In this document: piece after piece, positions 24,961 through 38,530 of the stretch
Layout of the letters: each line of letters starts with the position of its first letter
How positions within the stretch are numbered: position 1 is the first letter of the stretch
NCBI GenBank assembly: GCA_964016885.1
Contig: OZ024742.1
Span: 303,304,001-303,368,000, forward strand
Origin: Eledone cirrhosa
Taxonomy: Eukaryota
Direction of reading: 5' to 3'
Length of the DNA stretch: 64,000 bases
Notes under the pieces: model-generated
What the model was told of the DNA's origin: nothing
Databases searched by the model: none
What the model saw: only the letters and a program-made list of their open reading frames with translations
Made by a program: the position numbers and the translations under genes

Positions 24961-25556
24961 CCACCTTATAGTTTGCTAACGTAGACATGGTATGTTGGAA
25001 AGATAAATGGACATAAAGGAAAGAGATTCAACTCTCACAAAATCTTCTTCTGTTCTATCGATTCTGCCCACCTTAGGCCGTATGGATTAATTCAACAATA
25101 CATATTAAGTTTAGGAAAAGATATTAGACATCTTGAAAGTTTATGTTGGAGGGCAATGTTGAAGTTCAATTATTCTGAAACATAACGACGACTGACATAC
25201 GATTTCAGAGAGCAATGACATATGGGTCACTTCCATCTGAACACAATTTAGTTGCTCTTTGTAAATCATGAAGAATGTGAATATTATAATCATATAAAGA
25301 TTAGTCTCGGTGTGAAAATTATCCTGGGTAGATACTACATTAATTACGGAGGATAGAATGAAAAAAATCATGCGATGACATTTAGATTTTAAACTTTTGA
25401 TCTGGTTCTCAAAATCAACACTCTTCTTTGTGGAACTGTCGCTACGCTCTGGGCGTAATTTTAAATGGAACACTAATTAACAGCATATACTAGTTTTAAA
25501 TGGCTATTCAAAAAGAAACTCCTGGCACTCCACTCACTTCTATACCTGTTGAGATA

Positions 25557-25597
<41 letters not shown>

Positions 25598-25641
25598 ATA
25601 TGAATTGAAAGGGACAAGGTGGTGTGTGGTTACTAATATAG

Positions 25642-26152
25642 AGTGTTTAGAAAGAAAAGGAAACACAAATATAGACATAGACAGTTCCCCCTCATCAGTT
25701 GTCTGCTGTGTGTCTCAGATGTTTCGGCGCATTAAAGACAATACATCTCAGCACAGTAAGATAATACGTTAGAAAATTATTAGGGAGAGAAAAGATAAAA
25801 AAGAGACAATAGAGAAAGAAAATAAACTGAAGAGGAAAAAACACAAGAGGGAAAAGAAAACAGAAGAAAGAAAAACATACCGATAGAGAGGAGGAACACA
25901 GGACAGTTGCACATGCATGTAGCAGTAACCAAGGGGTTGAGGACGAAGTTTAAAAAGGCAGCTGGGTGTAAACGCTTATAAACAGCAAGAGAGGGCTAAG
26001 GGAAACACGTCTGATCTCGGTGAGAGCAAGGCGCAAAGAGGGAGAGACGAAGGAACGAAAGTAGTAAGAGAGCAGAGAAATGGGGGGAGAAAGAGGAAAA
26101 GTGATGAGGGGAACTGTCTATGTCTATGATTGTGTTTCCTTTACTTTCTAAA

Positions 26153-26157
<5 letters not shown>
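25642..26157. mobile_element. Small element with ~55-bp terminal inverted repeats in (TA)n, probably a PLE end with inversion
   Basis: agtgtttagaaag...gacagttccccctcatca versus tgatgaggggaactgtc...ctttctaaacact. Confidence 0.55.
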
Positions 26158-26186
<29 letters not shown>

Positions 26187-27228
26187 GTAGAACACCGGAG
26201 GGTTATATCCGTAGTAGTAGAGCACCCAGTTCATATATATATATTTCAATAATTGGGAACAACTTTAAAGTACATATATACTAGAATTAGTCATATTACA
26301 TGATCTGTACATTTAACTTCAATAAGAACACCGAAAAGCAAGAAATCATGTGGATAGCAAAAACCTCCAATACCTACAACAATATAGACTAATAATTAAA
26401 AAAATATATATACTACTGTATTCATATATAGCCGTACAGAGAGAGAGCTAAACATTTCGTGGCTACTATTTTGCTGTAAAATGCAACATAATGTTGTTGT
26501 AAATGACTAAATGTATTTGTCATTTACATGTGTTATGTCAATTGAATGTTGGTGATTTAGTTTTAATGTTGGTAGATTTTCGCTTAAATCAGTCGTATTA
26601 GAAGAATGACGAATACAGCGAATGTGTAATTTTAGAGTGGCTATATTGATTCAGTCGTTATGCAAAGAGTATTAAACAAATTGTACTGTAATCATGCAAA
26701 ACTTGCTGAATTTTAAATCGATAAGATGCTCGTATTCTGAATCTGTATCACACATCCACGCAGTGTAACTTTCAGATAATGTTTTCATATCAACAAAATA
26801 TGTAACATAATATTTTACCTAGATTCACAGTATTAAAGTCATGTTAATAACATTTCTTAATTTGTGGTACCCTTCCCAGTTTATCTAGATTAAAACAGAT
26901 GCAACTAGCTATGTATTAAATAATCACAGTTAAACGTTTCAAATAGATATTGGTTTAGAATCTTCTGACCGGGGCAAAATATTTCAAGTATCCGAAGAGT
27001 GGGTATATTTTAATCAATCAAGTTCCCTTAGTTGTTGCTGCCAGATGTTGGGTTACCACTTTAGATGGTTTACTGCATGTCTCTCATGACATTTACAAAT
27101 TATTTACTGTACTCATCTCCTCCCCAAGCATTAAAGTACTGGTACAGAAAACAACATACGCCATTAATGAATCCCATATATAGATTTTTCGAGAACCACA
27201 TTCTTGGCTTCTGCGTATATTATTCCAT

Positions 27229-27421
27229 GGTTGGGGATTGGCAGTATCGGTAGAAGGTCGGACGCCATGCTTTGCATCATATAGTTACGCCCCTTTATGG
27301 TCTGAGTTCAAATCCTGCCGAGATTCACTTTGCCTTTCATCCTTACGGAGTCGATAAAATAAACTATCAGTAATGTACTGGGATAATTGGTGGCCTTGTG
27401 CCAAACGCAGAAACAATTATT
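27229..27421 (+). mobile_element. tRNA-derived SINE (family A)
   Basis: tggcagtatcggtaga A box, gagttcaaatcc B box, family body, ends agaaacaattatt. Confidence 0.85.
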
Positions 27422-27666
27422 TTTCAGATTCTAAATATTTAGGGCATTATCAGGGATGTTAATAGAGATGTTTGAAACTTGTCTTCATTTCGCTATTAAG
27501 TAGGACCATTTACCTAGGCCAAATTCCTCATGACAATGTCGTTACTACATCAACTCCCTTCCTTTTATCTTTCATAGTTTTGGCATATATTTTAGGGCAT
27601 CTATATACTCTAATAATTTCCCCAACGAAGGGGATAGAAGTTTAACTGCAATTATAAACAACAGCT

Positions 27667-27699
<33 letters not shown>

Positions 27700-28221
27700 G
27701 TGTGTGTGTATTGCTATTGACAACTATACAATCACTCCATGGTTGACACATAACGAAGCCAGTTTATCTATGGTTTGCATTATAGCTCTGAAATATTCAC
27801 GTGTTGGTGGCGAAATTGAATTTATTTCTGTAATCCAGTCAGATCATAACCAGTCTGCTATATCATCCATTTACCGCCATGACAGTTTTGCCGAATAGCG
27901 GTGTTTCACAGTTTTTCAAAATGCATTTCTTCGCAGCAGGATATTCTTACTTATATTGGATTCTTACTATCGCAATGATCCGGAAGCCTTTTTATTTACT
28001 ATACAATAGATTATGGCATGTATCTCTCTAATAGTTTTTTTTTACCATAAGCTAAGCTTTATTTTCTGCTTCGTACCACATAAGATTCTGCCAAATTTAA
28101 CCAGCTTGTTATGATTAATTGACCAAATGGGAGCAAATTAATAATGTAGCGCAGATACAATTCCAGGCTTTTGTACCAATTACAAATAAACTACAGTCTT
28201 CCTGGTATATCATTCGCGGAA

Positions 28222-28553
28222 TTGTTTCTATCACAGACAGACGTGTATCGCCATTGACAATGTATGATTTTCGTGTAATGCTCCGAATATATTTCACTTG
28301 ATTTCCATCTATCCATGCAGCGACTTTGTTAGATTTATCACGTTCATATTTGCTTCACCATGAATCTGTTTCCTCCTGAGACGGAGACTTCTAGTTCACT
28401 ATTGTGAATGCTCTCTCAGTTTCTGACACAGTTGATATCAGTGACTGCTGCAAAATTAAGTTGTATATCGATGGAAAAGCTCTGCCTCACCGCGATGAGA
28501 ACTGAAATCATACATTGTCAATGGCGATACACGTCTGTCTGTGATAGAAACAA
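28222..28553. repeat. 49-bp perfect inverted repeat with 234-bp spacer
   Basis: 28222-28270 is the reverse complement of 28505-28553. Confidence 0.9.
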
Positions 28554-28639
28554 GTCTAGATCAAGCTGTCGAAACGGCAATAAGTCTGGAATTAGCTGTC
28601 GAAACGGCAAGAGCTCAGCAGTCAACCCCCAACTCGCTG

Positions 28640-28675
<36 letters not shown>

Positions 28676-29224
28676 GCTATTTTGAAAAATATGAATTGTA
28701 CATGAAAGTATATAAAATTCGATATACAAAGTGTCTAAACACACTTATTCAGTAAAATTATATATAAAACATGGGCACAGAAGAGTAAATTGTGGTAATA
28801 ACTACTTCGATATTAAAATATAAACTATATTCGTCAAACTGAATTTTATACTTGAATCAGAAGTAGGACAGCATATATTGCTATATGAATGCTGCTTTGT
28901 TTTCAGACGTCAAATTTACAAACCTGATCCAACCCTTAACTCGATCTCCGTTGTATTATAAGGTGAAATTTTCTCTAATAAGGTAAAGAACTACAAAGAT
29001 GATTACGGCTTTGAAAGAATTTAATATGTATATTTATTGAAGTATCTATTATATTCTTGGCAAGTTACAGTCGTTCATTTTTGATAACAAACGTCATTTC
29101 CGCAATGAATAGAAACGCAATCATTTTTGGTATTATTATTATCATTACTGTTATTATTGATATTATTATTGTTGTTGTTATTATTTAACTGATTATTTCT
29201 TTAGATACAAATCCTTCTGACGTA

Positions 29225-29261
<37 letters not shown>

Positions 29262-29275
29262 TGTATGTATGTATG

Positions 29276-29306
<31 letters not shown>

Positions 29307-29849
29307 GATGGCGGATTTAGATTTTTGTTTATGTATGCACGTGTCAATATGTATATGTAATTTTGTTTGAATTTTTGTCTGTCTGTCTGAATAGCATGTT
29401 TGTAGATATAGATAATTGAGATTATTTCCTTGTTTGCTGCATGATAACAATTCAATGAATATAATTATTTATTATTGATTATCGTTTATCTTGGTTTGTT
29501 TGTGAAATATTATTTTATATTGACTTACTCTAAGCAGATATAATACTATTTGCTTGTTCATTCGTACAGCTTATTGTAGTAATCACTAAATTGTATTATT
29601 CCAACATTTTTTTACCATCTCGAATAGTTATTGAAACATGATTGTTTTTCGGTTACCGGACGGGGTCATAACAGTTTGGTGACATACAGTCCTCGAAAAT
29701 TTGTAATGATAGAGACCGCTCCTTGCCTCACCTAATTATAAAATAGATTATTATATCCTCCGATATGTGAAGTCGTAAAAGCACCGTCAGACAGCGTGTG
29801 AAGAGCACTTTTAAAGCTGGCGAAGCCCAACCCTCTGAACACAGTCGAT

Positions 29850-30020
29850 TTTTTCTATAGAGGAAGAATCGACCCAGATACTGGACTGGTACTTCTTTCT
29901 ATCGGCCTCGAAAGGATGAAAGGCAACGTTGACCACCGTGGGATTTGAATTCAGGACGCGCAATGAGGTGGGACGATACCGTAAATCTTTTCCGACGTCT
30001 TAACGACTCTGCAACTTCGC
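29850..30020 (-). mobile_element. tRNA-derived SINE (family A-related, diverged)
   Basis: actggtactt...atcg...aaggatgaaaggcaa...ggatttgaa. Confidence 0.7.
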
Positions 30021-30598
30021 TGTCTATATAGTATAACACAAATAATCGTTTAAACTATTCATTTAACAGCACAGTTTTATAGAATATATATAGGATTTAT
30101 AATGTATTATTAGGCATTGTTAAATATTCACCATCATCTGCGACGCCTATAGCTTGAAGTTTGAATTACTATACTGAGCTCTCTAGAATTTTTAATTTTG
30201 CCTTTTGTGTCTTAGAATATTTTTGATATCACACAGAGCGAGTGGTCGTAGACTTACCAAATTTTACTGGTGTCTCTTTGAGGACAGCATGACTTTCAAT
30301 GACAATGTGAGACGAACAATTAATTCTCCAAGGTATATATATGAATAATATTTCGTTTGTGTAGGTCAAATCAATTATGCTTGAGGTGAATGCGCAAACA
30401 AAATATGGTAAGACTGTTTACCTAATATTTTTCTCGACGTGTTCCTTAGAGTTGTGGTAAAAAGGATATGGTACAAATACTAAGGACAAATTTACGGAGT
30501 ATCTAATATATATATATATATATATATGGTACCAGGAAACAATTAGGAAAAACTAAGCGGTAGCAGGTGGACAGAAGAAGAATTTATCGTGCAATCTA

Positions 30599-30702
30599 TC
30601 TTTAACATATGTTTCTGCACAATTACCTAAGAGTCTACCTCCACTGATGACATTGTTTATTCGTATGCATTAAGTGTTTGCAATTGCAGTTCATCGGAAA
30701 GA
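30599..30702 (-). ncRNA. Hammerhead motif with enlarged stem II and core mutation
   Basis: Minus: tcttt CCGATGA ac-tgca...tgca GAAA CATATG TT aaaga; perfect stem I; U4 to C in the core. Confidence 0.55.
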
Positions 30703-31076
30703 ATATTTCTCAGTGAAAAAATTAGTTATATTCTTATTTGTGAGTTACGCAGTTCTGCTATAAATATCGCTAACAGCTGACAAAGCTAATATACAAATTT
30801 CATTTTGGTATACAGAGAAAATCAAAATCAAAATATAATATATAAATAACAAAAATAATGGGAAAAAAATACATGGATAACAAAAATTATAGCAAATATA
30901 GATATTAGATGTGTATGCGGCGGGGAGGATTACATTCCAAATGACCAATCAGAAGATTAGTAGAGATGTAAGTGGAGAAAGGGAACCTATAGTAATCATA
31001 TAGAGAGATCTATATGATTACATAGATCACACGTATGTTGTTCGATCCATCAGATTTTCCTATATTTTTCCTGGCA

Positions 31077-31156
<80 letters not shown>

Positions 31157-31158
31157 AC

Positions 31159-31370
31159 ATGGTGGGTGCCAACTCGTGTTGGAGTACGGCCACTACAGTA
31201 TATCCATGTAGGAGAACCCCTACCGATGTGCTGAACGAGTGTGACATTTTAGTCCAGCCAGCGACTTGAAAACTCTGGTACAAACACTTGTGACAATTAT
31301 TGACAGTGCAGGGCCCATGGTACCATGTGACGACAAGTGCAGAGAGATCTCCAGATACAAAGCAATGCCT
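31159..31370 (-). mobile_element. RTE-type LINE 3' end or RTE-derived short element
   Basis: Encodes ..[19 protein letters not shown] (C2H2 finger typical of RTE ORF C-termini), then a short 3' UTR and microsatellite tail. Confidence 0.65.
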
Positions 31371-32632
<1,262 letters not shown>

Positions 32633-32867
32633 ATGGTGGCTGCCAACTCGTTTTCGAGTACGGCCACTACTTTATATCCGTGTAGGTGAACCCCTACCAA
32701 TGCGCTGAACGAGTGTGACTGTTTAGTCCAGCCAGCGACTTGAAAACTCTGGTACAAACACTACACTTGTGACAATTATTGACACAGCACAGTGCTGAGC
32801 CCATGGTACCATGTGAATACAAGTACAGAGAGATCTCCAGATATAAAGCAGATATAAAGAAATGCCT
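32633..32867 (-). mobile_element. Second RTE-type 3' end or short element
   Basis: [24 protein letters not shown]; same boundaries as 31159-31370. Confidence 0.65.
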
Positions 32868-32991
32868 GTATATATATATGTATATATATATACATACATA
32901 TATATATACATATATATATACATATATATATACATAGATATATACATAGATATATATATACCTACATATATATATATATATATATATGTAC

Positions 32992-33025
<34 letters not shown>

Positions 33026-33071
33026 TGTTGTTATTGTTGTTGTTGTTATTATTATTGTTATTATTATTATT

Positions 33072-33987
33072 GTTCTTTGAGTCTCAGTCATTGATGTTAT
33101 TTAACTGGAAAGTTTGTTGAAATGAATATCAAGCCGCTACATGCAGCCTCAGATATTCAGGACGTAACGTAGGGTTCTTGCTGTTCCAAGCAAGCATGCC
33201 TTTTGAAGTGTTCCAAAACGCGGGGCTGGACTAACTCTCTTTAACCATCTCTGGAAACTCTTTGAGATAGTACCTAGTGCGCCTATGACAATCAGGACGA
33301 CTCTGACTTCATGGCAGTTCCAAATCCTTTTTACCTCCCAATTTAAGTCTTGGTATCGGTTAATTTTCTCCCTCTCCTTTTCTTGCACTCTCGTGTCAAA
33401 TTGGCAGGCTACATCTACATTCAGGCACGAACTTTTTTCCTTGTCCAAAGCCACCAGGTCAGGCCTATTGTGTTCCAGTTTCTTATCCGTCTGTATCCTA
33501 AAATCCCATAGAACCTTCACCTGATCGTTTTCTATCACCGACTCTGGCTTATGCTCATACCACTTCTCAGAATGTGGTAAATTGTTTACTTTGCATAGGT
33601 GCCAGTGGATCACACTGCCCATCACATCATGTCTCCATCCTTTATAGTGAGTGTGGGTTTGGTGTTTACACTCGGATACAATGTGAGCCACAGTCTCCTC
33701 TCTCTCTCCACAGATCCTACACAGTGGGCTAGCCTCCTCCTTGTAAATATGGTGTTTCACCCACTTCGTTTTGAGTGCCTGCTCTTGCGCATCCATTAGC
33801 ATTCCTTCTGTAGCCTTTTTAAGGTCTCCTTTTTTTAACCAGTTCCATGACTGTGGATCTCTAAATTCAGTTTTCTCAAAGAAGGTACTATGAAGGGATT
33901 TTTCATGAAGGTTGCTCTTCCTTCTTGTTGTTATTTCCTCCTTGGACATCCCCTGGTCTATTGTTCTCTCCTTCAGCACAATTCTGA
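33072..33987 (-). mobile_element. R4/Dong-clade non-LTR retrotransposon, 5'-truncated
   Basis: ORF 33149-33979: AQEQAL, CRIC..EETVAHIVSEC, RHD, LWDF, NRPDLV, EKINRYQDL, IGALG (CCHC plus restriction-like endonuclease); flanked by (TAA/TTA)n. Confidence 0.9.
33149..33979 (-). CDS. R4/Dong ORF C-terminus (zinc knuckle plus RLE domain), partial
   Basis: 276-aa open frame with PD..D...EK..KY-type RLE motifs. Confidence 0.8.
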   Translation of the reverse strand: MLKERTIDQGMSKEEITTRRKSNLHEKSLHSTFFEKTEFRDPQSWNWLKKGDLKKATEGMLMDAQEQALKTKWVKHHIYKEEASPLCRICGEREETVAHIVSECKHQTHTHYKGWRHDVMGSVIHWHLCKVNNLPHSEKWYEHKPESVIENDQVKVLWDFRIQTDKKLEHNRPDLVALDKEKSSCLNVDVACQFDTRVQEKEREKINRYQDLNWEVKRIWNCHEVRVVLIVIGALGTISKSFQRWLKRVSPAPRFGTLQKACLLGTARTLRYVLNI

Positions 33988-34029
33988 ATAATAATAATAA
34001 TAATAATTATTATTATATTTATTATAAAG

Positions 34030-34239
34030 GGCGGTGAATTGGCAGTATAGGTAGAGGGTCGGGCGCCATGCTTTGTATCACAGTTACGTCCCTTTACGGA
34101 CTGAGTTCAAATCCCGCTGAGGTTAACTTTGCCTTTCATCCTTACGGGGTCGATAAAATAAAGTACCAGTAATACACTGGGATTAATGCTGGCCTTGTGC
34201 CAAAAGTAGAAACAATTATTATTATTATTATTATTATTA
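34030..34239 (+). mobile_element. tRNA-derived SINE (family A) with (TTA)n tail
   Basis: ggcggtgaattggcagtataggtaga...gagttcaaatcccgc...agaaacaattattatt. Confidence 0.88.
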
Positions 34240-36048
34240 CTTAAAGCAATTAAAAAGGTATAGATCTGATTATGTGCGAAAGGTTACGTCGTTGCTAATA
34301 CATTGCAGTATACAGCGACTCTAGCGTGTTTAAGCAAAAGAAAACAGCACTTGATATAAATTGAATAAAAAATACGACTATAATTTAAATAGAAATACAT
34401 TCCAAAATGGCGAGTCGTGTAAAAATATACATATTCATCTCTATTCAAAATCTTAAAATTTATATATTCAATGATCAGATTGTTAGTGCTTGTCATTTTT
34501 TTTATATTGTGTAAATCGTTTGCAGTACACCTGTTTACTTTTGACAGTTCCAGGGCATCTATTTTCTATAGCTTTTCAACTAACATATTTTCCACTAAAT
34601 GTTTAGGGATTAGAGGAAATGTGTAAGAAAAAAATATTTTTTATCAAGTATTTGTCGTAGGTTCCTTTTTACTTGTGAACATAATATTTTATATTCGATT
34701 CTGTTGCAATGGAAATACGCTTTATTCCCTTTCTTAATCATCTTAATTCATTGTCAGCTGCGTCCCATCTTATCACGTTTCATACTTGCTCTTAGATCTG
34801 TATTATATTAATTCTATTATAGTGTTTGTTTTCTGGAGTGTTTCTGTTCCGTAATATAGAGAGAGATATTGCTAGACACGATAATGACATATCTACCAAC
34901 AATGTCCTTTAGAAAGTAATATATTTTGCAGGCAAAACCTATAGTTGTGCTATTATAGAACAGCAGCAGTTATAAAAGTAGTTTGCCAAATAATAATTAG
35001 ATTATGAGATACAATTCTTAAGATATTCACACATTTCGATCAGTCTAACTCTAATCGCATTTAGGTTGTCATATATAGTTGTTTAGATTTAGTCTGAATG
35101 TTTGTTGCTTACCCTTAATAGAAGCTATTTTACAATCTGTAATATTCCCTGAGATTTTAACTGCATATAATTCTTGCATTTATTAACATTTAGTGACGAG
35201 AAAATGAAAACAAAATCTCTGGGGTGAATATTCGAATTATTAGTTTTTGAAATACACTGAAGTACTAAACATGATCTCATTTTACACTTCAAGCTAAAGT
35301 CTTTCCAAAGAGGTCTTGTATCTGTACTTAATAAAAAAATTAACACTAATATACTTGGTTTAATTTCATCGACTAAACTATTCCCTCTATATAAGAAATT
35401 AACATTTTGCTTAGAGAAAACACAGAATATTTCCCATTCTAGGCATTGATAGTTAAATACTGTGAATTTTGGAGTAAAAATAGTATTTAATGTAATATTT
35501 TTGCAAAGATCCCAAAATTGGTTGACATAATTGCGGATGACACCATGGGTTATTTTCACATTGAAAACCTGGTCCTATCGCTTGCAATGACACTACCCAA
35601 GTCCCGTCTGGTTGTGTTACACGTGAACGAAATAATATTACACACAAAACTAGTATTGACGTGAGGCTAAGGTTGCAGAAACTCATTATATGGGATTCAA
35701 TCGAACCCCAAACACTGTTACAACTGAGCTAATTTCTAATATCTCTATGTGTCGTCTATGTTGGTTCACCTCAAAAGTGTTACATCCAGTTACTATATCA
35801 AATTAACCAATATTTTTCTAATGATTACGTGGGTAGTATTTCTATGATAGCAAGCTGTGGGGAAGGCTTCATACAAGATAACGTCGTGGGTCAAATTCCG
35901 TTGGTCCGGAATCCATGTAAAATACCATCATTTTGATCACTTTGTTCGATGTGTGTTGGGAAAACCGTTGTATTTCATTGCGAAAGCAACAAAACAAGGA
36001 ATCTCTTCTCTCCCTATATATAAATATGGAGAGAGTCGTTTTCTGTTT

Positions 36049-36095
<47 letters not shown>

Positions 36096-36096
<1 letters not shown>

Positions 36097-36166
36097 GCAT
36101 CGGCCGGGAATCGAACACGGATCGTCCGCGTGGCAGGCGAGCATTCATCAACTGAACTACAAATGT
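36096..36166 (-). pseudogene. tRNA-Gly(GCC) pseudogene
   Basis: ACATTTGTAGTTCAGTTGATGAATGCTCGCCTGCCACGCGGACGATCCGTGTTCGATTCCCGGCCGATGCA: Gly-GCC anticodon arm and 3' half conserved; acceptor, D and T arms mutated; followed by TGTTTT. Confidence 0.85.
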
Positions 36167-36539
36167 GTGTGTGCGTATATATATATATATATATACACAC
36201 AAGCGTGCGCGCACACACGCACACACATACACATACACACATACACACATATATATATATATAGAGAGAGAGAGATGAGAAAGTGTCTTTTTCTGTTAAT
36301 TTTGCATGCTAGCTGTTTTCTAAGAGAATAAATTCAGCAGAATCATGCGTCCTGTATTGGATCTCCTCCTGTAACGACGACCAATGGTAAGCTGTTTGCA
36401 AACAGAATAGACTGCTCTGGAATTAATCTGCAAGTGACTGAGCATTCCTCTGATTCGGATACCTTGAACGTATTTGACAGAGAGATTGAGCAACTATGCA
36501 TCGTGTAACAAAGATCGTTATTTGAATTACAGGAACCAC

Positions 36540-36677
36540 TTGGTTTGGCTAGTCGAGTGGACTGGAGCAGCGTCAATTAATACGGCTTGCCTAACGACAC
36601 AACGCGACTCTCAGAACGGAATATATAAACATACGATTGTGAATCGAACATTTTAACCACCAAGCCACGCATCTTCA
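36540..36677 (-). mobile_element. tRNA-derived SINE (family B, diverged)
   Basis: Similar to 3790-3921 (ggagca.cgt...taaccac..agccac...cttcac). Confidence 0.6.
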
Positions 36678-36860
36678 CACATCCAGTACGTACGTTATAT
36701 TTGTAACATATTTGTTTAACCAAGAAGCGATAAAAATTCTATTGCACCTGATTTTGAAACCGGATTATTGGCAGAAAGGAATACATACTTAACGTTTGTA
36801 AGGCAATTACTGCACCACTCAATCTTTCTACGACCTCTTTGTATCATTATTATTAACATT

Positions 36861-37054
36861 GGCGGTGGATTGGCAGTATCGGTAGGGGGTCGGACGCCAT
36901 GCTTTCCAGCATAGTTACGTCCCTTTACGATCTTAGTTCAAATCCCGCCGAGGTTGACTTTGCCTTTCATCCTTACGAGGTCGATAAAATATATTACCAG
37001 TAATGCACTGGGTAATTGCTGGCCTTGTGCCAAAAAGTAGAAACAATTATTATT
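36861..37054 (+). mobile_element. tRNA-derived SINE (family A)
   Basis: Full-length match to 34030-34239. Confidence 0.88.
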
Positions 37055-38530
37055 AACAATGAAGAAATACTAGTAGCACCGTCAGGTTAAACAAGTTTCT
37101 CTTTTTGTCATTATTAATGATGGTGGAAGTTGTATTTGACATCGTTACACTCTTTATCAACATCATCATCATAATCATTATAATGATCATCACCACCATC
37201 ACCGTCATCTTTATCATCATCATCATCATCATCATCATCACTATCATCATCAAAAACAACAGCAATAACAAAAACAAACATATTTATCACCATTGAATTT
37301 TCATTCATTGTTTGCCATTTTCTCCCTTTTTGTACGTTTTTTTTTTCCCATTCACATCGCCTTACCCATGGAAGCCATAATTGTTACCTCGTCATTACCG
37401 AGCTATTGTCAAGTTGTTTGCAGTGAAAAGAAGACAGGGCGATACATAAAAATTCCATATAAAAAAAAATAGAATAACAATGATCGCTGGGAAAACCATC
37501 CATAAAGAAAGGGTTTTAATAGTACAATACTGTTTTGATTAATGAGAAGATAATAGAAGCGAACAGTATGGTAACGTCGACCAAAGGATTCCGGAGATAC
37601 GATAACGGGTTGACGACGGAGCCAGGAATAATAATTTGTTGAAATACAAGGCTGAACTTAAAATTTATGTTACTCCATTATTTCGTCTATTTGACAAAAT
37701 GAACCATGTTGAGTATTTTACACATAGATAGGACATACATAGAAAGACGACTAGACAAACTAATCTAATGACAAATAGACTAACGGATACACATATACAT
37801 GCATGCAAACATGTATACATTGATGCATACAGATACAATGGCTGCCCCCTTCGTTATCGAGTTTGACCATTGCACGATACACCTTTATAAATAATTATTA
37901 ATTAATTCTATCGTGCAACGACTGTGCGTGAATATTTGTTTTAAAGTGAGGAATGACTGTGCACTGACCCAATCCCACTCTCTGAGCGACAGTAGCTATA
38001 ACCCGAAAACAAGAAAAGATCAACATCATCGGTAACTACTGAGCCGCAGGTTTTATGTCGGTGTTATCCCAGTTTAACATACGTACATACATACATACAT
38101 ACATACATACATACATACATACATACATACATACATACATACATACGCTTATCATCGTCCAGGATAATTTGATAGTGAGACTTATCGATGGAATCCCAAC
38201 GTTCCTGGAACATCTTGAACATTGGGATACCATTGGGAAATAGATCTCGAAGCTCTATTCTGATAACTTCAGTTGTTTCCTGCTACTTCTGCTGGAATCC
38301 GCTAGACGGTGCTAGCCGTCAGCTTTTCAATAGCCATAGATAGCATTTTTCAACACTCAGACGTGTGTATGAGTGTATTGTTATAAACGTCGAAACACAG
38401 ACACACTTTCAAAAATACACACTCACAGACACATTCACACAAAAACACATACATTACACAAACACGCACACTATTTTCTGTAGTTCGTCATCACCTCTTC
38501 CTTTCATATGGAATCAACTCTATATAGATA

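Noticed and set aside
35453-35686. 77-aa ORF with a signal-peptide-like start
   Set aside because: Short, no recognisable family, no supporting exon structure
36324-36508. Possible host exon (ttttctaag acceptor, gtaagc donor)
   Set aside because: Frame ambiguous and no homology recognisable; needs RNA-seq
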